From a virus (Duplodnaviria > Caudoviricetes), in the IMG/VR virus record IMGVR_UViG_3300032225_001249, positions 1 to 47,472 of that record: 47,472 bases of DNA. The stretch is one strand, 5' to 3'. The translations under genes and the position numbers were made by a program. Every line of letters starts with the position of its first letter. Position 1 is the first letter of the stretch. The notes beneath the pieces were generated by a model. The model saw nothing but the letters and a program-made list of their open reading frames with translations, made no database searches and was not told the DNA's origin. Positions 22,801-29,985 of this stretch are shown in pieces.

Positions 22801-25263
22801 TGCAACTCCGTCAAACCAAAAACTTACGCCTTGCAGTGTAATTCCGCTGAGACACACTACTGTATTATCAATCACTACATCAGAATCTGATGCTGGTACT
22901 AAATTAATCACCGGTTCAGCTATCAATGGAGGCACAGTGTCGGGTGTGATAAATTCTACCACATAAATTTTATCACGCACATCTGGATCAAGGTCAGCAG
23001 CAAATACAACACGACTACCATTTATTAAATTATAGCCATCAATACCATAACCGGTTGATCCGTTAACTGTGCTGAATGCATCTGTATTCGAAAGGTCAAT
23101 GATATCTATAGGTTGTTTACCTTTGGTGCCAAAGTCAATTAATCGAGTACCACCTCGAAATTCTAATATGGGCCGGCGAGCTCGTAGTGCATTGTCTATA
23201 ACCAGTATGGCGTTGTTATAAGTTGCAGTTTGTTCAATTACACTGATATGGAACCAACGGTTACTTCGTGTCCACGGGTTCAAGTCTGGACTGGATCGAT
23301 TGATGGTCAAGTAGTCTGGCTGTCCCGGTTGATTCAAGCTGGCATCATAGTTGCCAAAATCATAGAGGGTGCTGTCGTATGGCACTGAACTACTTTGTGT
23401 GTAGGTTTCGGGTGTTACATAATCAGTAACTGACAACAACTGTATAGCTGTTCCTACACCTTCAACATAATAGCTATTGCCTTGATAGGTAGCAGGAACA
23501 ACTGATCCAATGAATTGAACTTTAAGCCCATTGGTAAACACTACTCCGTTTGGACTGGTATATGTTTTCTTGCCAAGTATATCGGCAATGTCCAATGATT
23601 TAGAGGCGCTTTGATCAATGACATTTATTTCTCCAAAGATGCCAGGATCGATACCGTCTTGATAGTATAGTCTATCTCTTATTGCGGCCAATAAAGGAAT
23701 TTGTTGGAAAGCGCCATCTTCATCTTTGTACCAGCTGGTATTGGCGTATACAGCGCCAAATTGAATGTTGAATTTATACAGGTCTGGTATATCATATATG
23801 CTGGTCAACTGCATATACTGACCGCCCCCGGGAGCAGTTACATACTGTATTTGCCAAACACTGCGCTGAATTGCTACTTCTGCGATTGGTGTAGTCTGAT
23901 CAAATGGTAAACTGTCAAACGAGCCTGGGCCTGCTAACACCGGATCTTCGGGCGGCGCTGTTCTAACCAATGGATCAAATTGTGATTTAACTAACCAGCC
24001 GCCAGCTGAAGGATCTGGATTGGGTTCTGTAAATACAATTGTGCGACCTTGTAAATTTGTAATGCCGTCAATGCCGTTGGGGTATTCGGCTAAAAATTGA
24101 TCAACAAACACATTGTTAAGTTGATCAAACTGCAAATCAGTTATAAGATTTACTTTTCCACCATTGGTATCAATATAAGGAAGACTATAGTAAAAATCCT
24201 GTGCATTTTTTTGTGGAACATCAAAAGTTATTGTACCAAGATCAATACCGTTGTTGGTTACACCATTGACTGGGCCTAATCGACTGCTAATGTTAGGCGT
24301 GGCAGGTATGCGACCGTTTACTCCAGGGTCTGTTTGAATCCAAAAATTAGGACCAGTACCAGGTTCTGCATCTATAATTGTAAACACGCCTTGCATGTTC
24401 ATCTGTGTAGGGTTATTGTAGTATAGGGTATCTGGAGCATTTTGCGGCACAACAAAAGTTATTGTTCCTGTGGCAGCGCCATTGTTGGTAACACCTTCGG
24501 TGAACAAATTGTTAATGCCCAATGTTTGTTGTGTTTTAATATAAAAAGGCAATGCTGGTGTAGATACCAAGGTAAATGTATAGGTATTACCACGCACCAA
24601 GGTCAAAGTAGGATTGTTTACATAGTCAATTACCCAAGCACTGGTACCTTGATTTGATACACGAAAATTAACACTGTTTGCTTCGTTCTGTGCTACTTGG
24701 AATGTATAACTCCCGCCACGCACCAAGGTCAAAGTAGGATTCTCTCCAGTTTCTCCTGTGAATGTATAAGCGCCATTGGCTCTGGTAACTACAAAATTGT
24801 CAGTGAGCGGCTTTGCTCCAGTGAACACATCCACTGCATTTGGTCCTCCGGGTAACCAGTAATATTGTGCGTAATTGACATACTTGTCAAAATCTACAAA
24901 CGGATCCCAGGCATAGTATTCGCTGGTATAAAGTTGATCGGCATTCTGAGTAATAGCCCCTTGCAGGTTTAACGCATCTGTTATGCCAGGATATGTTATA
25001 GCATCGACGACTTTCTTACTATCAATTGGATCAATTTGAACTACACCCGGTTCAAGTTGATAGTTGGTTCTAGTTGCTGTTGGTTCTGTAACATAGTAAT
25101 CTCCTGGAATCACTCCAGGACCAACTCTGCGTCCTACAAATCCTTGTATTTTTTTCAGTTGAGGTTCTTGAATCAACTGATCCAAAGTTGCAGACAATAC
25201 TTGTCTATTGGTAGAGGTCTGAAAGATTTCTGGTAAGAAATCTACTGATCTAACGCGAGCCAT
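10843..25263 (-). CDS. Giant (4806 aa) modular baseplate wedge/adhesin-like virion protein
   Basis: Uninterrupted 14.4-kb ORF directly after the gp6-like gene. It contains cupredoxin-like modules, FG-GAP-like repeats, four CBM5/12-like W/Y-x5-Y-x2-G-x2-V motifs, GDG-x3-F Ig-like repeats and a late EVKPYHV wedge-like motif. Confidence 0.8.
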   Translation of the reverse strand: MARVRSVDFLPEIFQTSTNRQVLSATLDQLIQEPQLKKIQGFVGRRVGPGVIPGDYYVTEPTATRTNYQLEPGVVQIDPIDSKKVVDAITYPGITDALNLQGAITQNADQLYTSEYYAWDPFVDFDKYVNYAQYYWLPGGPNAVDVFTGAKPLTDNFVVTRANGAYTFTGETGENPTLTLVRGGSYTFQVAQNEANSVNFRVSNQGTSAWVIDYVNNPTLTLVRGNTYTFTLVSTPALPFYIKTQQTLGINNLFTEGVTNNGAATGTITFVVPQNAPDTLYYNNPTQMNMQGVFTIIDAEPGTGPNFWIQTDPGVNGRIPATPNISSRLGPVNGVTNNGIDLGTITFDVPQKNAQDFYYSLPYIDTNGGKVNLITDLQFDQLNNVFVDQFLAEYPNGIDGITNLQGRTIVFTEPNPDPSAGGWLVKSQFDPLVRTAPPEDPVLAGPGSFDSLPFDQTTPIAEVAIQRSVWQIQYVTAPGGGQYMQLTSIYDIPDLYKFNIQFGAVYANTSWYKDEDGAFQQIPLLAAIRDRLYYQDGIDPGIFGEINVIDQSASKSLDIADILGKKTYTSPNGVVFTNGLKVQFIGSVVPATYQGNSYYVEGVGTAIQLLSVTDYVTPETYTQSSSVPYDSTLYDFGNYDASLNQPGQPDYLTINRSSPDLNPWTRSNRWFHISVIEQTATYNNAILVIDNALRARRPILEFRGGTRLIDFGTKGKQPIDIIDLSNTDAFSTVNGSTGYGIDGYNLINGSRVVFAADLDPDVRDKIYVVEFITPDTVPPLIAEPVINLVPASDSDVVIDNTVVCLSGITLQGVSFWFDGVAWIRSQQKTSANQAPLFDVYDANGVSFSDPVVYPSSDFRGSKLFSYALSNNSKDPVLGFAIKYLSLSNIGDIVFDNNLYTDTFNYTIDSVGYTENISLGFVRQYQDRVTYQRELGWQTAVVPSRARQQFQFSYDGRPLQLDVAALPDTVIPNVQLYVSSEFQESYKYSVATTANSTTITWTDATYNNGTAFALGDIVEVLVLSDQASKVAFYQVPINLENNPLNVNSPYFTVGTARTHYESICENLLGLVGPINGNNNTRDLGNIIPYGTNIIQNSAPMTLAGYFLRSKQYNIFDSLAYSSREYEQYKAQLLNAVVTTDYTNYTIPDMLTAVVTQLVAGRTQTNPFYWTDMLPANPVYTTTTTTYSQISTPTFNLNNTYNFTSSNYQSVLVYVNDVLLQFGYDYVVSTDAPTLTITVPLSAGDVIVIQEYATTYGTFVPNTPTKLGLYPAFQPKIYYDTTYVNPAWVIQGHDGSLTLAFGDFRDQLLLEFETRIFNNLKIKSEVPLTLTDVTPGQFRSTGYSLSEINEILATSFLSWVGWNKLTYSEQTYNASNQFTWNYSAAGNRLTGSTTDSESPLPVGAWRGIYQYFYDTPTPQSTPWEMLGFSQEPAWWTEVYGPAPYTSGNLVLWDDLSLGRVADPAGTYYLPKYARPGLDQVIPVDSEGQLLSPFFSVVGLYDSSQWQKSWVFGDEGPVEYSWRTSSSFPFAVMRLLALTRPAKFFSLFADRDLYKYNADLEQFLYNQRYRLDANGVEIYGNGVSKASYIDWIVDYNRQLGVNSTDKLATDLSLLDVRLCYRMGTFTDKQYLEIIAETASPDSTNSSLLIPDNSYNLLVYKNQPFNQTLYSAVVVQVVDGGWSVTGYSLTNPYFEILASRTGGPTRVITAGGTKVTVPTTYTQDIVQVPYGYVFTNQTVVADFLLSYGALLESQGLVFDARENGKTLDWNQMVQEYLYWANQGWMTGSVISLNPTAQELTLVTPEAVIDSIVTQTPENLILDQNRTTIPSAQLVIDRYENTFKVTSLNEQTISYIALRQTNYESLVILDNVSVFGDLLYDPATGARQSRVTVIATVAAEWNGQLDAQGFINNNTQTVKEWQPLQKYTKGEIVIYKNNYWQALDIVQPSTQWNQALWSQSNYTRIQSGLLQNIPMLANQLANSYDVNQSNLQLEQDLFAFGLIGFRPRQYMVDLNLGSISQVNLYQQLIQDKGTLNSVRLLTNTNLNKETAQYQIYENWGIQRGIYGANANRQFVEMRLNEALLTANPGTVQIVAPQETSVADQSILYQDLWRESYNVTSPDIFPTAVMSVADSALPSAGYVNLQDVDITVFDLDGQLGLDTGVLNTIGIGTTVWAAKSNAYDWNVYRCTEVPGYISSATPNLNGTTIVTFTRPPGLVVGDILIIRFFDATVDGVYRVIALPGLTSVAIVLTITNPVTGVGLAFSLQTMRVSQASDVLNLPYTNSLIPGAKVWVDNNGSGLWEVLEKTDPFIDAGAITPTVPVVGSRYGSSITQGYQNIVAMIGAPAGGDDGTGTIYTYVKDVNDNYSENSILTLNAANTLGYGNAIQIGYQNWAIAGASASRNNQGYAIAIYRATGSTTFEERQLLISPDGDYTNAEFGYSVAISQDEQWMYVSAPGQNKVYPYGRVTIPRQTVQFVTPGVYQVYNVGGIIEFDNELQLAVVLNNELLTIGVDYTVGGTVINLAGIPVAGEKLIVTRKVEQDYIGDGSETMFDLGPYLYTADNIYSFVVYVDDVIQVPNIDYTFSTAGDSPITFTTAPGVDSAIKVISGTYWQPMDAIEGPANSKFGSSIHTTTDGRQIVIGASADESDAGVNSGAVYVFDRSVTRYIISNTSQLTYALPGGYQDPVAVVLNNTYLTNTAQYINGQFTVTGGNVVLDVTLNVGDVLEIESNIFTQVQKIVPDTPYDESAFGAAVDVCPNNCSIYTGAPVDGTVLLAAGSVQRNVNQARVYGTITSTNANPSLTAGNTIRINNMPVAVPSSPNNTVTGLAQAIVAAAMPNVTASVANGLLTINIVNVEAADAYNRLTVWPGISGTAFDDLGFDSYSYTQTITSPNPTAGANFGSAVNIDTTALTLVVGAPRGDLYEAVFFDNGTTYFDDRSTTFFEEVLESGVVYTFDYLPSATDSVTNPGNFVFGQQVYDRLTDPVDQWGTAVNYTTGKLLVGSPTGADNYGRVGQFVNLDRLPAWKVLRQQQPVVDVALLNSVYMYNKLQSQETYFFDFIDPLQGKILGAARQNINFIGPVNPAQYNTGPINNIGNFWGSERVGEIWWDTTNARFIDPNQDDIVYASRRWGQLFPSSTVDVYQWVASSTPPVSYTGEGTPLSTTSYSVRAHLNATGTFETVYYFWVSGITTIAVNEGKTLSTTGIARYIEEPRSSGIPYIAALDASTVAIYNGAQYLSAFDTILHVDFSQELSDANIHTEFQLIADGNPTSFLADNLYQKLQDSFCGYNQNGAQVPDPFLSPPEQYGVAFSPRQSMFVDRLMALENYLTRTNEILKYLPIVEQRRFILLNSSEPVPAAGSEEYNKVLDNIEQLSYQNFYQVPLGYKYLILSDSTYNGAWTIYEVVLASNAPAAPRVPQLVRIQNFNTKNYWNHVDWYQLGYNSSIVPVTQVPNYSSLVTLNVAVGSSVKVIANAQNKWEIYVKTNVGWDRVGLQDGTIAFDNTLWDYAAGRYGFDAEVFDAQYYDQEPVIETRNIIQAINTELFINDLAIFKNQLLILMFKFILTEEQAPDWLMKTSLINVRHDIRSLLPFQTYRRDNQDFVSDYLQEVKPYHVQVKQFNLVYKGQDDYPGFATDFDNPSYYDTALEIPQFVSPILLPYTKSTATGTGRASDIADTPANAEIWATTPWQEWYNNYLLSLISVSVTATGSGYATEPEVIVGTEWTADTAYTIGQQVFYGSNLYSVTVAGTSADVPPDFTTGSQLVGTATLTYVGTPATAVAVINSQLQVIAVNVVNDGSGYTTTPVITFVSDTGTGAQARADMGNPLVREFNMTIKYDRYEYKSTITDWSYLVATYPSDTQVRFADTVWQAIDTVTNTPIVPDSIGTAGEYTLTVTSVTGLTTGMIVTGLAIPADTTVTEINEVDNIVTISRALLQSINLEPTSFYYPFIIEEWDRVPASTLSGINRTQGFYLPTVDQPGRSLPLLIDGLNYPGVQVQALSFSYNTGFDVGNYDVNPFDNISISPEGFPTYDPALLDANYSSSFDDLFLGTRPADINVNGGGYIDVFSSYAPEELVPGSEFDTLDFRVYTAPGFDNTGLGHGFPAASRRYVYDPENPVLSFDGLLDYPFVVVVFNATLGLSILAEEYNWTDYTVTVGLTETAGDIIDVYVTGVGGGNQLYLNTYNQDVLDEITVPFAVPSAYNISTTYTWGDVVTYGGDFYQSTTSPNVGNLPVNLVGWTLISGAAIVYEILIFNGENQLFEGTDYTITSSAGSTTVTFDTTYDITNRINLAVLGYAVTGTTHSWSLPLDQTFTATGTDTIDLTNSMQGTNPVNLVVLVNGQRINPPQGSEFVGDDATVTYQLPNGYGYDPVDMSDNDVFVYVDNSKLVQGTDYVVDAWDSMSDYRTVTFTTAPVDGAKILLSVATDSVYRVYNNALTFLPGSVPSEGDSIDIISWNDTSEQNLLTEVFVGPGVDNNNTFDLRREIANPERLLVTVNGYWLFNGLDYTLSGTNIIISGAILESTDVLVVTLAANRVVPNPIAFRIFQDMRQVQATYRITPSTTTTLTQPVGIADDVIYVENASALGDPNFATSYNNNISYNIGEVVIYGDNFYQAIAFTTGNLPTDTEYWEVTDGAANIWGILTINGERILYRNRDTEANTVSGLLRGTAGTAISTHELGTYVYNMGRQNLMPETCQNYIVSNITNPLVSGVNLGDGVTTEFTADIDISQEPSATRDESVEVYVGGARIPDTDYSITANNPVTVEFDTAPPAGAEVAILVKRAHTWYNLDTPDLPLSETNTICARFLQGQ
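24590..24741. repeat. Exact 26-bp direct repeat CCACGCACCAAGGTCAAAGTAGGATT at 24590-24615 and 24716-24741
   Basis: Read directly from the sequence; both copies encode NPTLTLVRG with identical synonymous positions. Confidence 0.9.
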
Positions 25264-28200
25264 TAAATTACTCCACTGCCCGGAGCAGTTCGTATATTCG
25301 TACTAGTTAAGGCAGTAATTACTTCGACATTTTGCACAGTGGCTCCGTTTACAAATATCTGATTAGGGGCACAACGAATTTCGTATAGGCTTCCAAAATA
25401 CTTATTTTGATTGAGAGGAACCAAAACTACGCTACTGACGATTCCGGCCAACTTGTCATGCAAGAAGCCCGACAGTTCTGAGAAGTAAAAAGTGTCGCCA
25501 AAGTCCCACAGATCCAGACTAAAATATTGATTAAGATATTGCACTACTAAATTTTGAATTTCGCTGGTGCTGGCCACACTCTGCGCAGCGCGAATAACTT
25601 TAATAGTTGCTTGAAGTTCTGGCAGGGCTTTGGCACCAAACAAGGGTTGGAATTCAACACTGTTCATGATCATAGTATCAGACAACATTTTGTAATTGTT
25701 CAATCCAGCATAGGCCGTGTTTAGATAATCAAGAGTTGGCGGTTGAGGCTCTAGAACTGTTCCTGTTGTATCCTGAACATAATTTGTATAGGCTACGTAG
25801 TATTCATTGGTAACCACATATACATCAATGATGTTGGTAGTACCAGGATCAATTCTGTTGGTCAATGGACTATTGTGTCTGTATTGGAAAAACAAATTCT
25901 GACGGCCAGTCTGAGCAATGTATTCATCAGTTGCTACCAACGAACGAACACCTGTTGCGACATCGGCCACCAACACATAAAATACTTGATCGGTATAGGT
26001 ATAAAACACTTGACCTGGAGTATATTCGGCCATGACTACTAAAACATCATTTTCCGTGGCATACTGACTGTTGACTATGCCTGAATCAATTAATACATAT
26101 CTTTGCAGATTGTCAAAATCTACAATACGTTTTAAAAATACCCATGGGCTAGAGGCCGATGCTGGATCAGGTACGGGTCCAATAATTTCAGAGAAGAAGT
26201 CTGGATTGTCTGGTACGCCGTCGTTGTTTCTGTCAGAGAAAGAAACCAACACTTGATAATCATCTACCAAGCCATCGATTTGTATAGGTTGTCCTACAAT
26301 TTTGGTTATAATGTCCGACCCCAGTGGTGCAGCCGACGTGGGTTGACTATTGGTTTTCAATACATTTATAAAGTCGCTGATGGTTGTTCCAGTTCTGCTG
26401 TCATATACCAGCTGATCTCCGCTGAAGAAAAATCTGGTTTGTATTACACTTCCAAAGTAATAATCGAGAGCACGGAAACTCACAGTGTAGAATCCGCTGT
26501 TGAACACAAATTCAACAAACCAACTTGCATCTAATCCTGCACCGGCTGTATTGCCGGCATAGGCCTGGCTCCAAGGCGCATCAACATTTAGATTTGTTGT
26601 GGTTATTAGATACCATGTGCCAGCAGTAAAATTTGTAACTGCAAGAGTTCCTAAGCTGTCGTAACCTAGACCAAAATTTCTTTTTAGAGCAATTTGTTCA
26701 GCCATACTGGTTTGTAAACTATTGGGTATTTCTTTAACAAAAATAGGTATGACTTGAACGGCTACTGCACCGGTGGGTATATAGTCGTTTAACACAACAG
26801 GACCAAGACCACTAGGAAGATTACCTTGTCCTTGATTGGTTCCATCAAGGTATATTTCCAAAGGACTAGACCAAATGGTAAGTTTTTCATCTGCTAAGGT
26901 TGGCGTACCGACTTTTAATCGATTGTTGGCGTCAAAGTAATAACCAGCCGGTGCAACAAATTTTACAAGACTGCCCACAGTGATATATCTGGCATTGGAT
27001 GATGTGGTACCGTTGATTGGCACCGGGTTTCCTAGACTGTTTACAAAATAACCAGTGCTACTGCCAGCTTGACTTGTGCTAAGATGCCAGCTTATAGACA
27101 ACGATGTTAATTCTGCTCTTGGGTATTTGGCATAATAAAACTGTTGTGCTTGGCTTTTGGCCAACAAAGGTTGCACTTCGTTTAAAATAACGCTATTGGT
27201 TTCATTGCTGGTCTGTGTGATGAATTGAAAAGTTGGCAAGCTGTAATTTTGATACAAGGCGCCGTCACTGCTGAAAGTGTTGGTGCTGGAATATTTTCCA
27301 GTGTTGTCTACTAGATCAAGATAACGACTGACTCCAATACTTGAACGATTCAGTGCTTTACTTTTTAAAATTGAATTGTAGGCTGTGTGCGGAAAGTTGT
27401 TGTAATCTTCGCCGTTGACCATACGATTCTGTGTGTAGTATCTAGCAGGCGCATTATTTTTAATCTGTGCAAGGGTTTCACGAGGTTGTGCATTTGATAC
27501 TGGTGTAGTAATACCGCAGGTAAATGTCAACGTTTGTAATTGTCCAGTGCGACTCACATAGCTGATAGGTATAGCTATACTTTGCATTTCTTGTGGATTA
27601 ATAATATATTGCAATCCATTTGATGCACGGACATAGTTACGGAATGTTCCTACTGGAATATCACTGAACACTCCATCACCAAATGTCAAAGTTATTTGAT
27701 CGTTGGTTCTGCTGGTCACACTAAACAAGGGACGACTGCCAGGAGCTGTTTGCTCAGCTGCTGCACCATAAACACTGGGCACATAGGTCCATTCAGTGGC
27801 AATACTACCCACGTTGTCTAATTGATATAACCAAACATCGGTATTGTTGACGCCTTCAATATTGATATCTACAGAGCGGTTGCTTACACGGTCAGCCAAA
27901 TTAAAATCTTGATTTTGTAGTGTACCTTGCTTGAACAAGAAAAAGTATCCAGTGTTGGCGCTGGCAAATCCCAATTGATCATTGCGGAATAATATGTTGA
28001 ATCGTCCACTAGGTTTAGGGCTAGGCTCATATACATAATTCTGCCCAATGATTGTAGAAGTAACTGCTTCAAATGGCATATTAATGCCGTCAACTGTGGC
28101 TGTATATGGTACCACTGGCAAATAGCCCGGCACAAGATTAATACTATACTCTGCGGTGTCAACACCAAGAATTGTTGCTCGTGCTCCAGGAACGCCTACT

Positions 28201-28706
28201 CGTTGTGCGTCAATTAATGCAGCATTTATAATTGCCGTGAATTGTTCTTGCCACGAAAAGTTTGTAGGGTCTGCCCAGTTGACTGTTACGTTGGCCAAGT
28301 CAATGCCGTTGATGTCTGTCACATCTTCTGTGGTAGATACTGAAAATACTTTGAGATAGCCCGATGCTTCTATATTGCGTTTGGGAGTATAGCTGACCAA
28401 ATTGGCCAGTCTGACCACACTGTCTCTACGCTCGGCGCTGTCAATATAGTTTTCACGTGTGTTTAAATCGGTACGGAATGCCAAACTTTGACCCATAAAG
28501 GCCATAACGTCTAACAACGCAATAAATTCTGAACTTTCAATATAGTCATTGAACGTTTCTGGGTAGTATAAGCGCAGATAATCTACAAAACTTTTGCGTA
28601 AGGTTTCAAAATCGTAACTTTGAAAGTCAGCCTCTTGGTACGTTTGGTAGATTCTTTTCCAATCTTCAACGCCAAAAATTACTGTTTGTCTTGTAGTAGA
28701 TGCCAT
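25263..28706 (-). CDS. gp6: Baseplate wedge subunit, T4 gp6-like
   Basis: DFQSYDFETLRKS, ESSEFIALLDVMAF, SAERRDSVVRLANLVSY, LTFGDGVF and ETLAQIKNNAP...QNRMVNGEDY. Confidence 0.8.
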   Translation of the reverse strand: MASTTRQTVIFGVEDWKRIYQTYQEADFQSYDFETLRKSFVDYLRLYYPETFNDYIESSEFIALLDVMAFMGQSLAFRTDLNTRENYIDSAERRDSVVRLANLVSYTPKRNIEASGYLKVFSVSTTEDVTDINGIDLANVTVNWADPTNFSWQEQFTAIINAALIDAQRVGVPGARATILGVDTAEYSINLVPGYLPVVPYTATVDGINMPFEAVTSTIIGQNYVYEPSPKPSGRFNILFRNDQLGFASANTGYFFLFKQGTLQNQDFNLADRVSNRSVDINIEGVNNTDVWLYQLDNVGSIATEWTYVPSVYGAAAEQTAPGSRPLFSVTSRTNDQITLTFGDGVFSDIPVGTFRNYVRASNGLQYIINPQEMQSIAIPISYVSRTGQLQTLTFTCGITTPVSNAQPRETLAQIKNNAPARYYTQNRMVNGEDYNNFPHTAYNSILKSKALNRSSIGVSRYLDLVDNTGKYSSTNTFSSDGALYQNYSLPTFQFITQTSNETNSVILNEVQPLLAKSQAQQFYYAKYPRAELTSLSISWHLSTSQAGSSTGYFVNSLGNPVPINGTTSSNARYITVGSLVKFVAPAGYYFDANNRLKVGTPTLADEKLTIWSSPLEIYLDGTNQGQGNLPSGLGPVVLNDYIPTGAVAVQVIPIFVKEIPNSLQTSMAEQIALKRNFGLGYDSLGTLAVTNFTAGTWYLITTTNLNVDAPWSQAYAGNTAGAGLDASWFVEFVFNSGFYTVSFRALDYYFGSVIQTRFFFSGDQLVYDSRTGTTISDFINVLKTNSQPTSAAPLGSDIITKIVGQPIQIDGLVDDYQVLVSFSDRNNDGVPDNPDFFSEIIGPVPDPASASSPWVFLKRIVDFDNLQRYVLIDSGIVNSQYATENDVLVVMAEYTPGQVFYTYTDQVFYVLVADVATGVRSLVATDEYIAQTGRQNLFFQYRHNSPLTNRIDPGTTNIIDVYVVTNEYYVAYTNYVQDTTGTVLEPQPPTLDYLNTAYAGLNNYKMLSDTMIMNSVEFQPLFGAKALPELQATIKVIRAAQSVASTSEIQNLVVQYLNQYFSLDLWDFGDTFYFSELSGFLHDKLAGIVSSVVLVPLNQNKYFGSLYEIRCAPNQIFVNGATVQNVEVITALTSTNIRTAPGSGVI

Positions 28707-28751
28707 AATGATCCTGTGTTCTTGTATTTATGGAAATCAAAAACGGCTCAG

Positions 28752-29126
28752 TTAAACATAACTAGCGCGGCGTTGTTGTTGATTAAAAAATATACTCAAT
28801 TGTTGTGCAGTGGTGTTGGGAACTATGGCCAATTGCACCTGTATTAGTATTCCGTTTTCCTGTGGGAAAACCTGGACTTCTGATATCTGTATACGTGGAT
28901 CAAGTCCAGCGACCCGTTGAATTTCATTTTCTATAGCAGTGACCAACGCAGGTGATTGATTTTCAAATAAATTATCCCACAATGTGGTGCCAAACTGTGG
29001 ACGTCCTGGCAGTTGCCCTTGTCTAATGTTTAGGCCATTTAACAAGTCACGTTTGACCAAAGCTTCATCTAATAATGTAAACTTTTTATACTGATCTTGA
29101 GTGTTAAATCCAATAAAGGTTGGCAT
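28752..29126 (-). CDS. gp25: Baseplate wedge subunit, gp25/GPW-like
   Basis: LVKRDLLNGLNIRQGQLPGRPQFGTTLWDNLFE...DPRI; 124 aa; located between the gp5-like and gp6-like genes. Confidence 0.85.
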   Translation of the reverse strand: MPTFIGFNTQDQYKKFTLLDEALVKRDLLNGLNIRQGQLPGRPQFGTTLWDNLFENQSPALVTAIENEIQRVAGLDPRIQISEVQVFPQENGILIQVQLAIVPNTTAQQLSIFFNQQQRRASYV

Positions 29127-29136
29127 AGTCTAGTAT

Positions 29137-29985
29137 TTAACCCTGTCTTGATCCGCGTGAAAAACGGAAAGTACCATCATCATTGTTGCTCGGCGGAATA
29201 GGTATAATCACATTTCCAACCGTGGCTATCAGCTCGGCTGCTTTGACTGATGCCGCAATATCAGCTTCTATAGCCGCAACGTTGGCATATTCCAGTGTGG
29301 GTATTTTGGGATTGTCAATGGTATATGCAACAGCCTCGTCGATTTGCGTTCTAATTACTGTGTTGTTGGAGATTGCAGCCGCAGGTGCCAACATTAATTC
29401 AGCACCATAGGTATCAACAAAATCTATAGCATAAATTCCTTGTCGACCAGCAATTTCTATAGCCGACGATAAAGTAGAATCTGCTGTGCCTTGAATATAG
29501 TCAACTACTGCGTCAACTCCGTATCTAACTGCGGGTTGTAGGAAAGCGGCAATATACCTGGCAGCTTCGTTGCCAGTGATTACTTCGTAATCAATCAGTC
29601 CTTGATATGCTCCATCATATAATGCCACCTGAACTTGTCCTTGTAGTATGGGTGAGTCTAAATAGTCGGCTAGACTATTGATACTGTATGATCCGGTCCA
29701 AGCTGCTGGAGAGTTTAGCACAGCAAAAGTCATAGCAGGATCCATTATAAGATTCAAAGCCGCGGGTTTTAACAGGCCAACCAGGACCAAGTTGGCCGGA
29801 GTTTGTCCGTATAGCCCTATTCCTCTAGTGGATATTTCGTCACCGGCATATACCGCTTCTCCGTTGCTGGCAATATACCAGTCGGGTAATAATTCTCCAA
29901 CTGCATCTGTGGATGGATAGGTGGCTGCTGTTCTAGCCTGAGCGATAAGTGCTGTGACTTGTCCTGTGGTTAATATAGTTGTCAT
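29137..29985 (-). CDS. Hypothetical virion protein coupled to the gp5-like gene, possibly a degenerate lysozyme-like domain
   Basis: 282 aa; ATGA overlap with the gp5-like stop; contains GIGLYGQTP...GLLKP...AWTG...LQGQVQ. Confidence 0.45.
   Translation of the reverse strand: MTTILTTGQVTALIAQARTAATYPSTDAVGELLPDWYIASNGEAVYAGDEISTRGIGLYGQTPANLVLVGLLKPAALNLIMDPAMTFAVLNSPAAWTGSYSINSLADYLDSPILQGQVQVALYDGAYQGLIDYEVITGNEAARYIAAFLQPAVRYGVDAVVDYIQGTADSTLSSAIEIAGRQGIYAIDFVDTYGAELMLAPAAAISNNTVIRTQIDEAVAYTIDNPKIPTLEYANVAAIEADIAASVKAAELIATVGNVIIPIPPSNNDDGTFRFSRGSRQG

Noticed and set aside
7656-25263. Diversity-generating retroelement or invertible tail-fibre cassette
   Set aside because: There is no reverse transcriptase or invertase in the window and I noticed no ~100-bp adenine-variant repeat pair. 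The only exact repeat seen is 26 bp.
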